Below are positions 28,413 through 39,830 of a DNA stretch of 64,000 bases, piece after piece. Source of the DNA: Nitrospirota bacterium (lineage in GTDB: Bacteria > Nitrospirota > Thermodesulfovibrionia > Thermodesulfovibrionales > Dissulfurispiraceae); assembly GCA_040758355.1 (NCBI GenBank), contig JBFLWF010000013.1, positions 1 through 64,000 on the forward strand, written 5' to 3'. Numbering within the stretch: position 1 is the first letter of the stretch; every line of letters begins with the position of its first letter. A program made the position numbers and the translations under genes. The notes beneath the pieces are model-generated. The model was not told the origin of the DNA. It worked only from the letters and a program-made list of their open reading frames with translations, and did not search any database.

Positions 28413-29737
28413 AAATCCTTAGCCTCGCCTTTAATTTTATTAATATACTCCGTCCATTCCTTTAATGCAATCTCCGCAAGCCTCTGCCTTCTGAGCCTTT
28501 TATCCCTCATTTTTAAAATATCTTCATTAACCTGCATCAGACCGAAATTTATATTGCTCGGCTGGAAATGTTCCGTGTCGGACTCTGTTATATGAGCAAT
28601 CAGAGAGCCGTGAGCAGATTCCCTCGGCGGATAAGCAACCTCTTTCCCAATTATCCTCCTTGCTGCGTTTATTCCTGCTATCAAACCCATTGCCGTTGAC
28701 TCTATGTATCCCTCAACGCCTGTGATCTGTCCGGCAAGATAAATGTTGCTTTTTTCTTTTAATGTAAGGTCTGCATTCAGATGCCTCGGTGAATTTATGA
28801 ATGTATTACGGTGAATGCTCCCGAATCTCATAAATTCTGCATTCTCAAGACATGGTATCATCCTGAATACCTTTTTCTGTTCAGGCCATTTCAGCCTTGT
28901 CTGGAAGCCGACCATATTGTAAGCGGTCTTTTCCATGTTTTCGGGCCTCAACTGAACAACGGCATATGGTATCTTTCCTGTCCGCGGATCAGGAAGTCCC
29001 ACGGGTTTTAAAGGACCGAAAACAAGAGTATTCCTTCCTCTTTTTCCCATGACCTCCACAGGCATGCAGCCTTCGAATACCTTTATATCCTCAAAATCCC
29101 TTGCAGAAACAGTATCCGCTTCCATTAACGCATCATAAAATTGATTGTATTCGTCTTTTGTCATCGGGCAGTTCACATAATCGTCACCGCCTTTTCCATA
29201 TCGTGACGAGAGATAAACCCTTGAGTGATCAATACTTTCAGCATCGATTATGGGGGCTATTGCATCGTAGAAATGGAGATGTTCGTCTCCGATAACAGAC
29301 TTAATGGAATCTGCCATTGAATTGGATGTAAGAGGGCCTGTGGCTATGATGGCTATAGTGTCGGGAAGTTCTGTTATCTCTTTTCTGACGACTTTTATAT
29401 TTGGATGGTTCTCTATAATCATGGTTATGAGTTCCGAGAAGATATTCCTGTCAACCGCAAACGCAGAGCCTGCCGGCACTTCTGATTCCTTTGCTGCCTT
29501 CATTATCAGGGAATCTGCGATTTCCAGTTCCTTTTTCAATAGACCAGGGCCGGTAATAATCTCTTTTGACCTCAAAGAATTGGAACAGACAAGCTCTGAT
29601 AGCGAAGAGGTCTTATGGGCCTCTGTCATCCTCTCAGGCCTCATCTCAAAAAGCAGGACATTAACACCCTGCCTTGCAGCCTGCCATGCAGCCTCGCAGC
29701 CCGCAAGACCGCCGCCTATAATAATCAGTTCTTTCAT
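28394..29737 (-). CDS. trmFO: Folate/FAD-dependent tRNA U54 methyltransferase
   Basis: IIGGGLAGCEAA, ELVCSNS, FYDAIAP, AGQITGVEGY. Confidence 0.95.
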   Translation of the reverse strand: MKELIIIGGGLAGCEAAWQAARQGVNVLLFEMRPERMTEAHKTSSLSELVCSNSLRSKEIITGPGLLKKELEIADSLIMKAAKESEVPAGSAFAVDRNIFSELITMIIENHPNIKVVRKEITELPDTIAIIATGPLTSNSMADSIKSVIGDEHLHFYDAIAPIIDAESIDHSRVYLSSRYGKGGDDYVNCPMTKDEYNQFYDALMEADTVSARDFEDIKVFEGCMPVEVMGKRGRNTLVFGPLKPVGLPDPRTGKIPYAVVQLRPENMEKTAYNMVGFQTRLKWPEQKKVFRMIPCLENAEFMRFGSIHRNTFINSPRHLNADLTLKEKSNIYLAGQITGVEGYIESTAMGLIAGINAARRIIGKEVAYPPRESAHGSLIAHITESDTEHFQPSNINFGLMQVNEDILKMRDKRLRRQRLAEIALKEWTEYINKIKGEAKDLWQTKD

Positions 29738-29806
29738 ATAAATGTTTTTAATATATCTAATTTTCGATTGACACGGTCAATATACTACTGTTATAAATAA
29801 TAACTT

Positions 29807-30724
29807 ATGATCAATAAAACAGAAAAGATATGGATGGACGGCAAGTTCGTCAACTGGGATGACGCAAAGATCCATATAATGACCCATACCTTGCATTACG
29901 GACTCGGTGCATTTGAGGGCATACGCTGCTACAACACGCCGAAGGGGCCTGCAATATTCAAACTCGATGAGCATGTCAAAAGACTCTTTCAGACAGCGCA
30001 TATATTTCTCCTAAGCATACCCTTTACCGAAAATGAGATCAAAAAGGCTATCATCGACACGGTTAAAGCAAACAAACTAAAAGAGTGCTATATCAGACCA
30101 CTGGTATATATCGGATACGGAGCAATGGGTCTTTATCCAAAGGGCAATCCTATAAATGTCGCTATTGCTGCATGGCCGTGGGGTGCATATTTAGGAGAAG
30201 AGGGCATTGAGAAGGGAATAAGGGTCAAGGTGTCCTCCTTTATAAGGAACCATGTGAACTCAAACATGTCCAGAGGCAAGGTAAGCGGCTACTATGTCAA
30301 TTCACAGATTGCAAAGAAAGAGGCCATATCCAGCGGTTATGACGAAGCTCTTTTGCTCGATACAGAGGGATATATCTCGGAAGGCAGCGGCGAAAATATC
30401 TTTATTGTGAGAAACGGCGTGTTAAAGACAACCCCGCTGACCTCGATTTTAGAAGGCATAACGAGGGGCAGCATCATCACAATAGCAAAGGATCTCAAGA
30501 TAGAGGTCAGGGAAGATAGATTCACAAGGGATGAGGTCTATATAGCCGATGAGGCATTCTTCACAGGGACAGCAGCAGAGGTTACACCCATCAAGGAACT
30601 GGACGGCAGGGCAATCGGAGACGGGAAGAGGGGCAAGATCACGAAAAAATTACAGTCCATCTTCTTCGATATAGTCAAAGGCAAGAACAAAAAATACAAC
30701 TCATGGCTTACCTATATTAGGTAA
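29807..30724 (+). CDS. ilvE: Branched-chain amino acid aminotransferase
   Basis: [32 protein letters not shown]. Confidence 0.95.
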   Translation: MINKTEKIWMDGKFVNWDDAKIHIMTHTLHYGLGAFEGIRCYNTPKGPAIFKLDEHVKRLFQTAHIFLLSIPFTENEIKKAIIDTVKANKLKECYIRPLVYIGYGAMGLYPKGNPINVAIAAWPWGAYLGEEGIEKGIRVKVSSFIRNHVNSNMSRGKVSGYYVNSQIAKKEAISSGYDEALLLDTEGYISEGSGENIFIVRNGVLKTTPLTSILEGITRGSIITIAKDLKIEVREDRFTRDEVYIADEAFFTGTAAEVTPIKELDGRAIGDGKRGKITKKLQSIFFDIVKGKNKKYNSWLTYIR

Positions 30725-30734
30725 TCAATATATT

Positions 30735-30788
30735 GCAAATAAAAAAGGCGACCTAAAATTATCTTGACAGGTCGCCTTTTTTATTTGC
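30735..30788. terminator. Bidirectional intrinsic terminator
   Basis: GCAAATAAAAAAGGCGACCT ... AGGTCGCCTTTTTTATTTGC. Confidence 0.85.
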
Positions 30789-30797
30789 CTTCCAAAA

Positions 30798-31115
30798 TTA
30801 TTTCTTATGGCATTTTGCACAGTTTGCTGCATCGCTTGACTTAAATGCCTTTGTGCCGTTATGGCATTCGCCGCAGTTCTTGCCTGCGTTCATGTCTGCC
30901 ATTGTTATCTTGACAACGCCCTTCTTCATCTGGAATATCTTTGTGTGGCAGTCATTGCATTTGAGTCCTTTGTCTGCATGGCTCTTGCCGTCAAATACGA
31001 CCTTTCCCATTGGACCGCCTGCGTACTCACTGGTCTTGCCTGCCGGAACTGCCATTGCGCTGCCGACAAAAACAACTGCTATCAGGATTGCCAATACTGC
31101 TGTTAAAATTCTCAT
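30798..31115 (-). CDS. Triheme cytochrome c7-like periplasmic protein
   Basis: Signal peptide; CNDCH, CGECH, CAKCH. Confidence 0.9.
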   Translation of the reverse strand: MRILTAVLAILIAVVFVGSAMAVPAGKTSEYAGGPMGKVVFDGKSHADKGLKCNDCHTKIFQMKKGVVKITMADMNAGKNCGECHNGTKAFKSSDAANCAKCHKK

Positions 31116-31152
31116 ATGTTCACCCCCTTTCTTTTATTCACTGTATAAATCA

Positions 31153-31168
31153 AGCAACTAACATGCCA
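31153..31168 (-). promoter_or_regulatory. Sigma54 -24/-12 promoter of the cytochrome gene
   Basis: Minus strand TGGCATG-TTAG-TTGCT, 37 nt upstream of ATG. Confidence 0.75.
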
Positions 31169-31295
31169 TGCATGTTAAGCCTTATTTTCAAAACGCATGT
31201 GCCTGCTGTTTTCCAATTTGAGGATTTTCTTTCCCCTTTAAGGAACTTTTAACTGGGCATTAATATATATGAGCCAATAAAATTTTTCAAGTATT

Positions 31296-32729
31296 TTAGC
31301 CTAATTTCTTCTTCAGCAGCTCGTTCACCATCTGCGGGTTTGCCTTTCCCTTTGTAGCCTTCATAACCTGCCCGACAAAGAACCCCACCAGCTTTTCATC
31401 TCCGGCCTTATAACGCTCAACCTCTTTCTGGCTCTTTGCGAGAATCTCGTCTATCGCCTTCTCTATCTCTCCTGCATCGCTTATCTGGACAAGTCCCTTT
31501 TCTTTTACTATCTGCTCAGCGTCCTTTCCGCTCTTATACATCTCCTCAAAAACGGTCTTTGCTATCTTGCCGCTTATAGTGCCGTTGTCAATGAGCTTAA
31601 GCATATCCACAAGCTGTATTGGTTTTAGAGGACACTCCTCAATCCCTTTATTTTCTTCATTGAGAAGTCTCATCAGCTCGCCCATCATCCAGTTAGAAAC
31701 AGCTTTGGGGCTTCCACCGAGCCTTACAGCTTCTTCAAACCATTCAGCAACAGCTTTTTCAGATGTAAGCAAATCTGCATCGTATTCGGGTATTCCGTAT
31801 TCAGAAACAAACCTCTCCCTCTTTGCATCAGGCAGTTCAGGGAGTTTAGTCCTGATTTCATCAATCCACTCCTGACTTGCAGTTATAGGCACGAGGTCTG
31901 GCTCAGGGAAATACCGATAGTCATGGGCTTCTTCCTTCCCCCGCATAGACTCTGTTATCCCCTTATTTGAATCCCAGAGCCTTGTCTCCTGTATTACCCT
32001 TCCGCCTTCTTCAACAACCTTTATCTGTCTTTTAATCTCGTATTCCAATGCCTTTTCAACGAACTTAAATGAGTTGATATTCTTTACCTCTGCCCTTGTT
32101 CCGTATTCCTTCTGCCCGACAGGCCTTATTGAGACATTGGCATCGCATCTCAGAGAGCCCTGTTCCATGTTGCCGTCGCATACGCCAAGGTATCTCAGAA
32201 TGGTTCTCAGCTTCTTCATATATTCGGCAGCCTCTTTAGGGCTTCTTATGTCCGGCTCTGAAACTATCTCCATCAACGGAATGCCTGCACGGTTTAGATC
32301 AACAAAGCTGTAATTGCCGCCGCCTTCATGGATATTCTTGCCTGCGTCTTCCTCCATGTGGATCCTTGTGATGCCGATTATCTTCACCTCGCCGTCAACC
32401 ACAATCTCTATGCGCCCTCCCTCGCATATGGGAAGCTCGTACTGGCTGATTTGATAACCTTTTGGCAAATCTGGATAGAAATAATTCTTTCTCGCAAACC
32501 TGCTGTAAGGGGATATTTTACAGTTCATGGCAAGCCCTGTCTTTATTGCGAATTCGAGCGCCTTTTTATTAAGCACAGGAAGCACTCCAGGCATACCTAT
32601 ACATACAGGGCATGTCTGCGTGTTTGGCTCAGAGCCGAATCTGGTTGAACAGCCGCAGAATATCTTTGTATCCGTCAGCATCTGGGCATGGACTTCAAGA
32701 CCTATGACCGCTTCATATCTATCCATCAT
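31296..32729 (-). CDS. gatB: Asp/Glu-tRNA amidotransferase subunit B
   Basis: [35 protein letters not shown]. Confidence 0.96.
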   Translation of the reverse strand: MMDRYEAVIGLEVHAQMLTDTKIFCGCSTRFGSEPNTQTCPVCIGMPGVLPVLNKKALEFAIKTGLAMNCKISPYSRFARKNYFYPDLPKGYQISQYELPICEGGRIEIVVDGEVKIIGITRIHMEEDAGKNIHEGGGNYSFVDLNRAGIPLMEIVSEPDIRSPKEAAEYMKKLRTILRYLGVCDGNMEQGSLRCDANVSIRPVGQKEYGTRAEVKNINSFKFVEKALEYEIKRQIKVVEEGGRVIQETRLWDSNKGITESMRGKEEAHDYRYFPEPDLVPITASQEWIDEIRTKLPELPDAKRERFVSEYGIPEYDADLLTSEKAVAEWFEEAVRLGGSPKAVSNWMMGELMRLLNEENKGIEECPLKPIQLVDMLKLIDNGTISGKIAKTVFEEMYKSGKDAEQIVKEKGLVQISDAGEIEKAIDEILAKSQKEVERYKAGDEKLVGFFVGQVMKATKGKANPQMVNELLKKKLG

Positions 32730-34192
32730 AGAGATGGTCTCCTCAAATGCCACTCTGTGCTCTGCTCATAGGCATAGGCAAGCTTGAATATTGATTCTTC
32801 GTCAAAATGTTTACCTATAATCTGCAAACCAACCGGCAGGTTGTCCCTTGTAAAACCGCATGGAATGGAAATGGCAGGCACGCCTGCGAGGTTCACCGAT
32901 ATTGTAAATATGTCCGAAAGATACATCTGAAGCGGGTCTGTAGCCTTTTCGCCGATCTTGAATGCGGCGCTTGGCGAGGTGGGTGTAACTATTACATCCA
33001 CATTTTTGAATGCATTGTCAAAGTCTTGCTTTATCAATGTCCTTACCTGCTGACCCTTTTTATAATAAGCCTCATAATATCCTGCAGAGAGGGCATATGT
33101 GCCGAGCATTATCCTCCTTTTCACTTCTGCGCCGAATCCCTGCGACCTTGTATTCATATACATTTCGAGCAGGTCTTCTTTGCCGGATTGGCTGACTGCC
33201 CTGAATCCATACTTGACACCATCATACCGTGCAAGGTTTGAAGAAGCCTCTGATGTAGCGAGTATATAGTAAGTGGCGACTGCATAGCCTGTATGGGGCA
33301 GAGAGACCTCGACAGAAATTGCCCCCAGTGATTCAAGCTTTTTTATCGCTGTGCGCATAGAATCTTCCACATCTTTATCCATTCCTTCTATAAAGTATTC
33401 CTTTGGAATCCCTATCTTTAAGCCTTTTATGTCCTGCCCAAGCACCTCTGCAAAGTCAGGGACATCAACAGGTGCAGATGTTGAATCCTTTGGATCATGC
33501 CCTGCTATAGCATTGAGCATTATTGCAGAATCCATTACATTCTTTGTAATCGGTCCTATCTGATCGAGGGATGATGCAAAGGCAACAAGCCCGTATCTCG
33601 AAACCCTGCCGTAAGTTGGCTTTAAGCCGACAACTCCGCAGAGTGCAGCAGGTTGTCTTATAGAACCTCCTGTGTCAGAGCCGAGGGCTGCAATACATTC
33701 ATCTGCAGCAACTGCTGCAGCAGAGCCTCCGCTGCTTCCTCCCGGAACACGCTCCATATCCCATGGATTTCTTGTCGTATGAAAACCCGAGTTCTCCGTA
33801 GAAGATCCCATTGCGAACTCATCCAGATTCGTCTTTCCTGTGAGGATATATCCCTGCTCTTTTAATCTTGTTGTTACTGTGCTTTCATAGGGAGGCTTGA
33901 AATTATGAAGTATCTTTGATGCGCATGTGGTCAATATATCCTTTGTGCACATGTTGTCTTTCACAGCAACAGGCATTCCTGTCAGAAGGGATGCCTTATT
34001 CTCAAGGATTGCCTGCTCTGCATCCTTTGCCATTTCATAGGCAACATCTTTCGTTATCGTAATATAAGATTTTACTTTATCTTCTACTGCATCGATGCGG
34101 CCATAAATATCGTCAAGGACTTCCCGGGGCTTTACTTCCCTGTTGTCAAGAAGCCTTCTTAATTCAGAAATGGTTAGTTCATTGAGCTTCAA
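32726..34192 (-). CDS. gatA: Asp/Glu-tRNA amidotransferase subunit A
   Basis: Amidase [21 protein letters not shown]; probable TTG start at 34192 after GGGAGGAG. Confidence 0.95.
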   Translation of the reverse strand: MKLNELTISELRRLLDNREVKPREVLDDIYGRIDAVEDKVKSYITITKDVAYEMAKDAEQAILENKASLLTGMPVAVKDNMCTKDILTTCASKILHNFKPPYESTVTTRLKEQGYILTGKTNLDEFAMGSSTENSGFHTTRNPWDMERVPGGSSGGSAAAVAADECIAALGSDTGGSIRQPAALCGVVGLKPTYGRVSRYGLVAFASSLDQIGPITKNVMDSAIMLNAIAGHDPKDSTSAPVDVPDFAEVLGQDIKGLKIGIPKEYFIEGMDKDVEDSMRTAIKKLESLGAISVEVSLPHTGYAVATYYILATSEASSNLARYDGVKYGFRAVSQSGKEDLLEMYMNTRSQGFGAEVKRRIMLGTYALSAGYYEAYYKKGQQVRTLIKQDFDNAFKNVDVIVTPTSPSAAFKIGEKATDPLQMYLSDIFTISVNLAGVPAISIPCGFTRDNLPVGLQIIGKHFDEESIFKLAYAYEQSTEWHLRRPSL

Positions 34193-34296
34193 AGCACTCC
34201 TCCCAGTATTGCTGACTGGTAATTCTATCACTCTGATATAACGATTTGCAATATTGGGTAGAATTAGGAAGGAATCTATGATAATATGGGAAAGTT

Positions 34297-34614
34297 ATGA
34301 AAATTATTGTATCGTCGATTATAGCTGCTTTAACAATTGCTGCCCTGGCGAACATAGCAACGGCAGTTCCGCCTGGGAAAGTTTTAGAGTGGAAGACACC
34401 AATGGGTACAGTAATATTCAATGGCAAGATCCATCAAGAAAAAGGACTTGTTTGCGATAACTGCCATCCAAAGATCTTCCAACAAAAGAGGGGTTCTTCA
34501 GACTTTAAGATGACAGACATTAAAATGCGCAGATTTTGCGGTGAGTGCCACAATGGTACAAAGGCATTCAATGCAAATGAAGGAAACAACTGCATCAGGT
34601 GTCATAAGAGATGA
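34297..34614 (+). CDS. Triheme cytochrome c7-like protein (paralogue)
   Basis: Signal peptide; CDNCH, CGECH, CIRCH. Confidence 0.9.
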   Translation: MKIIVSSIIAALTIAALANIATAVPPGKVLEWKTPMGTVIFNGKIHQEKGLVCDNCHPKIFQQKRGSSDFKMTDIKMRRFCGECHNGTKAFNANEGNNCIRCHKR

Positions 34615-35856
34615 TCATATCCATGCAATCATGTCCCTGCCTTCATTCTTTGCCTTATACAATCCATCATCCGCCCTCTTAAGTACATGATTCAGATCGT
34701 TATCTGCTCCGTCAAAGCAGGCTATTCCCATGCTTGCCGTAACATTGATGGACAAATCAGCAATCACAAAAGGCCTTTCCCTTATTGTCCTCCATATCCT
34801 TTCAGCAACCACCCTTGTATCTTCAAAACTGGTATTAGGCAGTATAACTAAAAATTCTTCCCCGCCATACCTGCCGAGGATATCATATTTACGCAAAGAA
34901 TTCCTCAGACGGGCAGAGACCTCCTTTAATACCTCGTCCCCTACAGGATGACCATACCGGTCATTTATTTTCTTAAAATGATCTACATCAAACATGATAA
35001 GCCCGCAGAATGTACTTACCATCCCCTTCTCTATAAGCCGCTTTGTCTTTAAGAATTCCTCCTCGGCCCTTACAATTAAATGCCCCCTGTTGTATATTTT
35101 TGTCAATCCATCCGTTACGGCTATATTTTCGAGCTCGTTTTGGGCCGTGGAAAGCTGGTCTGTCAATCTCCTCATAAGGACGAACAGAAATCCGAAAACA
35201 AAGAGCAGAACGATTGACAAGACCGACAACGATGACAGCAGTACCTTTTTAATCTGTTGATAAGAACGGGTAACATCGATGTATACCTCGAAGCTCCCTA
35301 TTATCTCGTGCTTCTTATCTATAATAGGGAAGTATGTTTCGACAACATCGACATCATAACGCTTCTCTCCGGCGAGGTCCATGACCGAGCCCTTTTTGAC
35401 AATTTTAGAAACCACCTCTCCCTTTAATGCCCTGCTCAGAGTAGTATTTTTATCATCGACCTTGCCGATAATCGAGTGGTCGGTGCTGTAGATGATCTTT
35501 TTATCTTTGCTAAAAAATTTGATCTTAAACATATTCATGGGATGCAGGTATTTCTTCATGCGGTCGTCCAAGACAGGGAAGTCTTTATCGGCGACAAAGA
35601 TGGCGGCATTCGAATTTGAATCGTAGGAGATAAGCATATCCTTTTCCTGTTCAAATATGGCATATCCAATATTCACCGCATCGTTTTCTGCATCGCTGAT
35701 AATGTGGTTGTGGTATATACGGTATATGCCGAGGCCCGCAAGCAAAAGGATGGTAACTACCGATAAAGCGGAAAATATTGTAAATACCCTTAATAAGTAG
35801 TTGGGACGTTTTCTGGCGTAAACATTTGTCAATGACAGGACAGCCGCATTACCCAC
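34615..35856 (-). CDS. Membrane-bound diguanylate cyclase
   Basis: Two TM segments around a periplasmic domain; RKYD I-site, RYGGEEF. Confidence 0.9.
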   Translation of the reverse strand: MGNAAVLSLTNVYARKRPNYLLRVFTIFSALSVVTILLLAGLGIYRIYHNHIISDAENDAVNIGYAIFEQEKDMLISYDSNSNAAIFVADKDFPVLDDRMKKYLHPMNMFKIKFFSKDKKIIYSTDHSIIGKVDDKNTTLSRALKGEVVSKIVKKGSVMDLAGEKRYDVDVVETYFPIIDKKHEIIGSFEVYIDVTRSYQQIKKVLLSSLSVLSIVLLFVFGFLFVLMRRLTDQLSTAQNELENIAVTDGLTKIYNRGHLIVRAEEEFLKTKRLIEKGMVSTFCGLIMFDVDHFKKINDRYGHPVGDEVLKEVSARLRNSLRKYDILGRYGGEEFLVILPNTSFEDTRVVAERIWRTIRERPFVIADLSINVTASMGIACFDGADNDLNHVLKRADDGLYKAKNEGRDMIAWI

Positions 35857-35997
35857 CGAATGTAAATCTCCCCCAAAAATTCCGATATTCTTATATTATT
35901 TTATTTATAAAAGTAAAAATCGATTTATATTAATGTAGCATAAATATAAATTCTGAGCAAATTCTATATTTTCAGGTTATATTATATAATTCGTATC

Positions 35998-36957
35998 ATG
36001 TTATATCATTTCACCATAACGGCTTCGGCATCGGATAAGTCAAAACGGCTCGATGTTCTAATCGCAGAAAAGACAGGCATTACCCGCTCGCAGGTTCAAA
36101 GGCTCATAAAAGAAGGCCTCGTCCTTGTGAATAACAAGACAGAAAACCAAAACTACAAGGTGAAGACAAACGATGTCATTACAATCCACAAACCTGAAGA
36201 AGAAAAGGAAATACTCATACCAGAAGCACTCCCGATAAATATACTCTACATGGACAGGCATCTCGTTGTGGTAGATAAACCATCGGGCATGGTGGTATAT
36301 CCTGCAGCAGGGCATAACAGAGGCACTTTACTTAATGCACTTGCCTATCATTGCAAGAAGCTGGCAACTGTCGGCAGGCCTATGCGTCCCGGTGTAGTCC
36401 ACAGGCTTGATAAGGATACGTCAGGGGTCATGGTTGTAGCTCTCGATGATAAGGCATATTACGACCTCGTGGAGCAGTTCAAAAAAAGGACAATCAACAG
36501 AAAATATACAACTCTTGTTTACGGCAATATCAAAGAGGATTCAGGGGAAATCGAAATGAAGATAGGACGGGCCGTCTCTGACAGAAAAAAGATGTCCACA
36601 CGGACAAAAAGGGGAAAAGAAGCAGTTACCAGATGGAGGGTAATAGAGAGATTCGATGCTGCGACTCTCATTGAGGCAAAACTCGGCACGGGGAGGACCC
36701 ATCAGATAAGGGTGCATTTCTCAGCTATCGGACATCCTGTGCTCGGAGATAAGACATACGGGAAAAAGGTCGAGGTTGAGGTTAAGGTTGAGGGAAAGAG
36801 AAAAAAAATTGTCTTTCCCAGACAGATGCTTCACGCAGAGACACTCGGATTCATTCATCCTGTTACCAAGGAATATATTGAGTTTTCAAGCCCCCTGCCG
36901 GAGGATATGGAGGAGTGCATCAAGAAGCTCACCCTATCGGCAATGACCTTATTCTAA
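35998..36957 (+). CDS. rluD: RluA-family pseudouridine synthase
   Basis: S4 domain, VHRLDKDTSG, TGRTHQIRVH. Confidence 0.92.
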   Translation: MLYHFTITASASDKSKRLDVLIAEKTGITRSQVQRLIKEGLVLVNNKTENQNYKVKTNDVITIHKPEEEKEILIPEALPINILYMDRHLVVVDKPSGMVVYPAAGHNRGTLLNALAYHCKKLATVGRPMRPGVVHRLDKDTSGVMVVALDDKAYYDLVEQFKKRTINRKYTTLVYGNIKEDSGEIEMKIGRAVSDRKKMSTRTKRGKEAVTRWRVIERFDAATLIEAKLGTGRTHQIRVHFSAIGHPVLGDKTYGKKVEVEVKVEGKRKKIVFPRQMLHAETLGFIHPVTKEYIEFSSPLPEDMEECIKKLTLSAMTLF

Positions 36958-37294
36958 TCCTGTTATCTTCGAAAACCACAACACTTCCGTCTGCTAAAGC
37001 ATCTTTTATTTCGGAAAGATGAGAGAGCAGCAAAGAAAGTTGCGATTGAGGCCGTTTATCGGTGCATCTAAAAAGTATTACAGACGGTTTACTGGACTGC
37101 CGCATGGCAAGCAATGTTCCAAAATCGGTGTCAGCAGATACTATTATCTGGTCATTCTTAAAGGCGTGCTCAAAAATTACCGAATCAGAAGCAGAATGTA
37201 ATCCGATGTCTCTTACGTGGATGGCTTCAAAACCGGCCTTTTGGAGTCCTTGAGCAATTATAGGAGAAAGGGCATTGTCTATCAGAAATTTCAT
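36929..37294 (-). CDS. DUF5615 PIN-like toxin
   Basis: MKFLIDNALSP, SADTDFG, RIRIRSLP. Confidence 0.85.
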   Translation of the reverse strand: MKFLIDNALSPIIAQGLQKAGFEAIHVRDIGLHSASDSVIFEHAFKNDQIIVSADTDFGTLLAMRQSSKPSVILFRCTDKRPQSQLSLLLSHLSEIKDALADGSVVVFEDNRIRIRSLPIG

Positions 37295-37518
37295 GCAGTA
37301 ACGAGCGGGATTTGCCGTTCTTTAACAGCTTCTGCTGCATATAACAGCGCTTCTTTAATATCCTCTGGTTCAATATCAGGATATGCATCGAGTATTTCCT
37401 TTTCAGTCATTCCATTAGCTACCATGCCAACAATCGTGGCAACAGGGATACGCAAGCCTCTTATGCAAGGGACACCGCCCATTTTTTCAGGGTCTATAGT
37501 AATACGTGTAAACTTCAT
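37291..37518 (-). CDS. DUF433 antitoxin
   Basis: RITIDPEKMGGVPCIRGLRIPV. Confidence 0.88.
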   Translation of the reverse strand: MKFTRITIDPEKMGGVPCIRGLRIPVATIVGMVANGMTEKEILDAYPDIEPEDIKEALLYAAEAVKERQIPLVTA

Positions 37519-37859
37519 AACTTTTCCTCCAATCAAACGGCTACTGACTTGTTACACTTATTATATCAGATTATATCAGAACGGCCTATTGCATGGTTTA
37601 TTTCTCTATCCGTCTTTATAAACCTTTCCCATTAAGGCTCTATTCTATCACAAATAAATTTGAATCCAGCACCTCTGCCGGAGGATATGGAGGAGTGCAT
37701 AGAAAAACTTTCTGCAAACTTTAAATACAAGCAATAGCGCAAGCATTATTACTCTTTAAAATTCATGCAGCTTTCATATATAATTGGCGGCAAGGGGCAT
37801 CCATCATTGTGCTCTGTATCCGGGGGAATCACTATTCAATTGCATAGAAAGAAAGCAAT

Positions 37860-39830
37860 ATGGCTGATATTGTTTTAGAGGCTATTCGTGCTGCGGTAGT
37901 AAGCATCATCTTTGTCTATCTCTGCGTGATCGGCCGAAAGCACCAAATCCAGCAGCAAAAGGGATGGTTCTATATCGTTTTTGGATTTGCACTCATACTC
38001 TTCGGCATGATCATTGACATCACGGACAACTTCCCGCATCTCAACAAATATATCATCGTCGGCGACACTGAATACGAGGCATTTCTGGAAAAGGTGGTCG
38101 GCTATCTGTTCGGCTTTATTTTCCTCGCTATAGGTTTTTGGAAATGGATGCCGACAGTCATTCTGCTCGATAAAACGAAGAGGGAACTCAAGATGTCTTA
38201 TGACATGCTTGAGTTAAAGGTGAGTGAGCGAACCGCTGAATTAAAAGCAGCAAACGAAGAACTCCGGCAGGAGATGCAAGAGCGAAGGAAGGCAGAGGAG
38301 GCCCTGAGAGAGAGCGAAGCAATGCTCAAGGAATCGCAGCGCGTCGCTCTGATCGGCCATTATAACTTCGACCCTGTCACCGGGTACTGGACAAGCTCGG
38401 AAATGCTCGATGAGATATTCGGGATAGATGCCAATTATGTCAAGAATGTCGAAGGATGGCTGAGCATTGTGCATCCCGATCTCCGCGCAGAAATGCTGGA
38501 GTATCTTCAGGATTTCGTATTGAAGGAAAAGAGGCCTTTCAATAAGGAATACCGGATTGTGCGCGTGAGCGACAAAGCGGAACGCTGGGTGCATGGCCTT
38601 GGCAGCCTGGTGTTTGACCACGATGGACATCCTGTCAGGATGTTTGGCGTCGTCCAAGACATCACTTACCACAAAAAAATGGAAGATGAGATGGCAAAGG
38701 CGCAGAAGCTTGAATCGCTCGGAATCCTCGCGGGCGGCATAGCCCACGATTTCAATAATCTCCTGACCGGAATTCTCGGCAATATAAGTCTTGCGAAAAT
38801 GCTCACCGGGCCCGATGAGAAGATATACGAGAGGCTGCAAAAAGCAGAGAATGCCTCTGAGCGGGCAAAGTACCTTACATCCCAGCTCCTCACCTTTGCA
38901 AAGGGAGGCTCCCCCGTCAAGAAGGCGTCTTCAATAGAGCAAGTAGTTATGGACTCGGCAAGTTTTTCTCTCAGAGGGTCGAATGTCAGGTGCGAGTTTT
39001 CTATTCCTGACGATATCTGGCAGGTAGAGGTGGACGAAGGCCAGATGAGCCAGGTAATCAACAATCTCATCATCAATGCAGATCAGGCAATGCCTGATGG
39101 CGGAGTGGTGAGCATAAGACTGGAGAACAGGATCGTTACGTCGCATGATAACCTTCCTCTGAAAGAAGGGAACTACGTGAAGATATGCATTCAGGACAGG
39201 GGCATCGGCATATCGCGGGAAAACCTGCAGAAGATATTCGACCCCTACTTCACAACAAAACAGAGGGGTACAGGACTCGGACTCGCAATGGTATATTCCA
39301 TCATCAAAAAGCATGACGGCCATATCGAGGTGGAATCATCGGCAGGAACAGGAACTTCTTTCCACATTTACCTTCCTGCAGCGGAAAAGTCGCCTGATTC
39401 GGACAGGACAGCGGCAAAGGAAAGAATAACAGCGAAGGGACACGGGAAGATACTTATCATGGATGACGAAGATATGGTAAGGGAGGTCGCTAAACAGGTA
39501 CTGATCCACATGGGGTATGACGTTGAAGAAAGCAGGGACGGCAGAGAGGCACTCGAAATTTACCGGAAGGCAAAGGAAGAAGGGAAGCCGTTTGACGTGG
39601 TGATTATGGACCTCACCATACCAGGCGGAATGGGAGGAAAGGAATTGATCAAACACCTCCGCGAAATAGATAAAGATGTAAAGACAATCGTGTCAAGCGG
39701 ATACTCCAACGACCCGGTCATGTCCATGTATCAGAAATTCGGATTCAACGGCGTTGTTGCAAAACCATATAAGGTGGATGAACTCGGCAGGGCAGTCCAG
39801 AAGGTCATTGGCTCAATCAGTCCTATCTGA
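37860..39830 (+). CDS. Membrane hybrid histidine kinase (TM-PAS-HisKA-HATPase-REC)
   Basis: AHDFNNLL, GTGLGL, C-terminal ILIMDDE...MDLTIPG. Confidence 0.92.
   Translation: MADIVLEAIRAAVVSIIFVYLCVIGRKHQIQQQKGWFYIVFGFALILFGMIIDITDNFPHLNKYIIVGDTEYEAFLEKVVGYLFGFIFLAIGFWKWMPTVILLDKTKRELKMSYDMLELKVSERTAELKAANEELRQEMQERRKAEEALRESEAMLKESQRVALIGHYNFDPVTGYWTSSEMLDEIFGIDANYVKNVEGWLSIVHPDLRAEMLEYLQDFVLKEKRPFNKEYRIVRVSDKAERWVHGLGSLVFDHDGHPVRMFGVVQDITYHKKMEDEMAKAQKLESLGILAGGIAHDFNNLLTGILGNISLAKMLTGPDEKIYERLQKAENASERAKYLTSQLLTFAKGGSPVKKASSIEQVVMDSASFSLRGSNVRCEFSIPDDIWQVEVDEGQMSQVINNLIINADQAMPDGGVVSIRLENRIVTSHDNLPLKEGNYVKICIQDRGIGISRENLQKIFDPYFTTKQRGTGLGLAMVYSIIKKHDGHIEVESSAGTGTSFHIYLPAAEKSPDSDRTAAKERITAKGHGKILIMDDEDMVREVAKQVLIHMGYDVEESRDGREALEIYRKAKEEGKPFDVVIMDLTIPGGMGGKELIKHLREIDKDVKTIVSSGYSNDPVMSMYQKFGFNGVVAKPYKVDELGRAVQKVIGSISPI

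Larger units (their letters stand above)
36895..37700. repeat. 26-bp perfect direct repeats (36895-36920 and 37675-37700) flanking a TA cassette
   Basis: CTGCCGGAGGATATGGAGGAGTGCAT at both positions, 780 bp apart. Confidence 0.9.
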
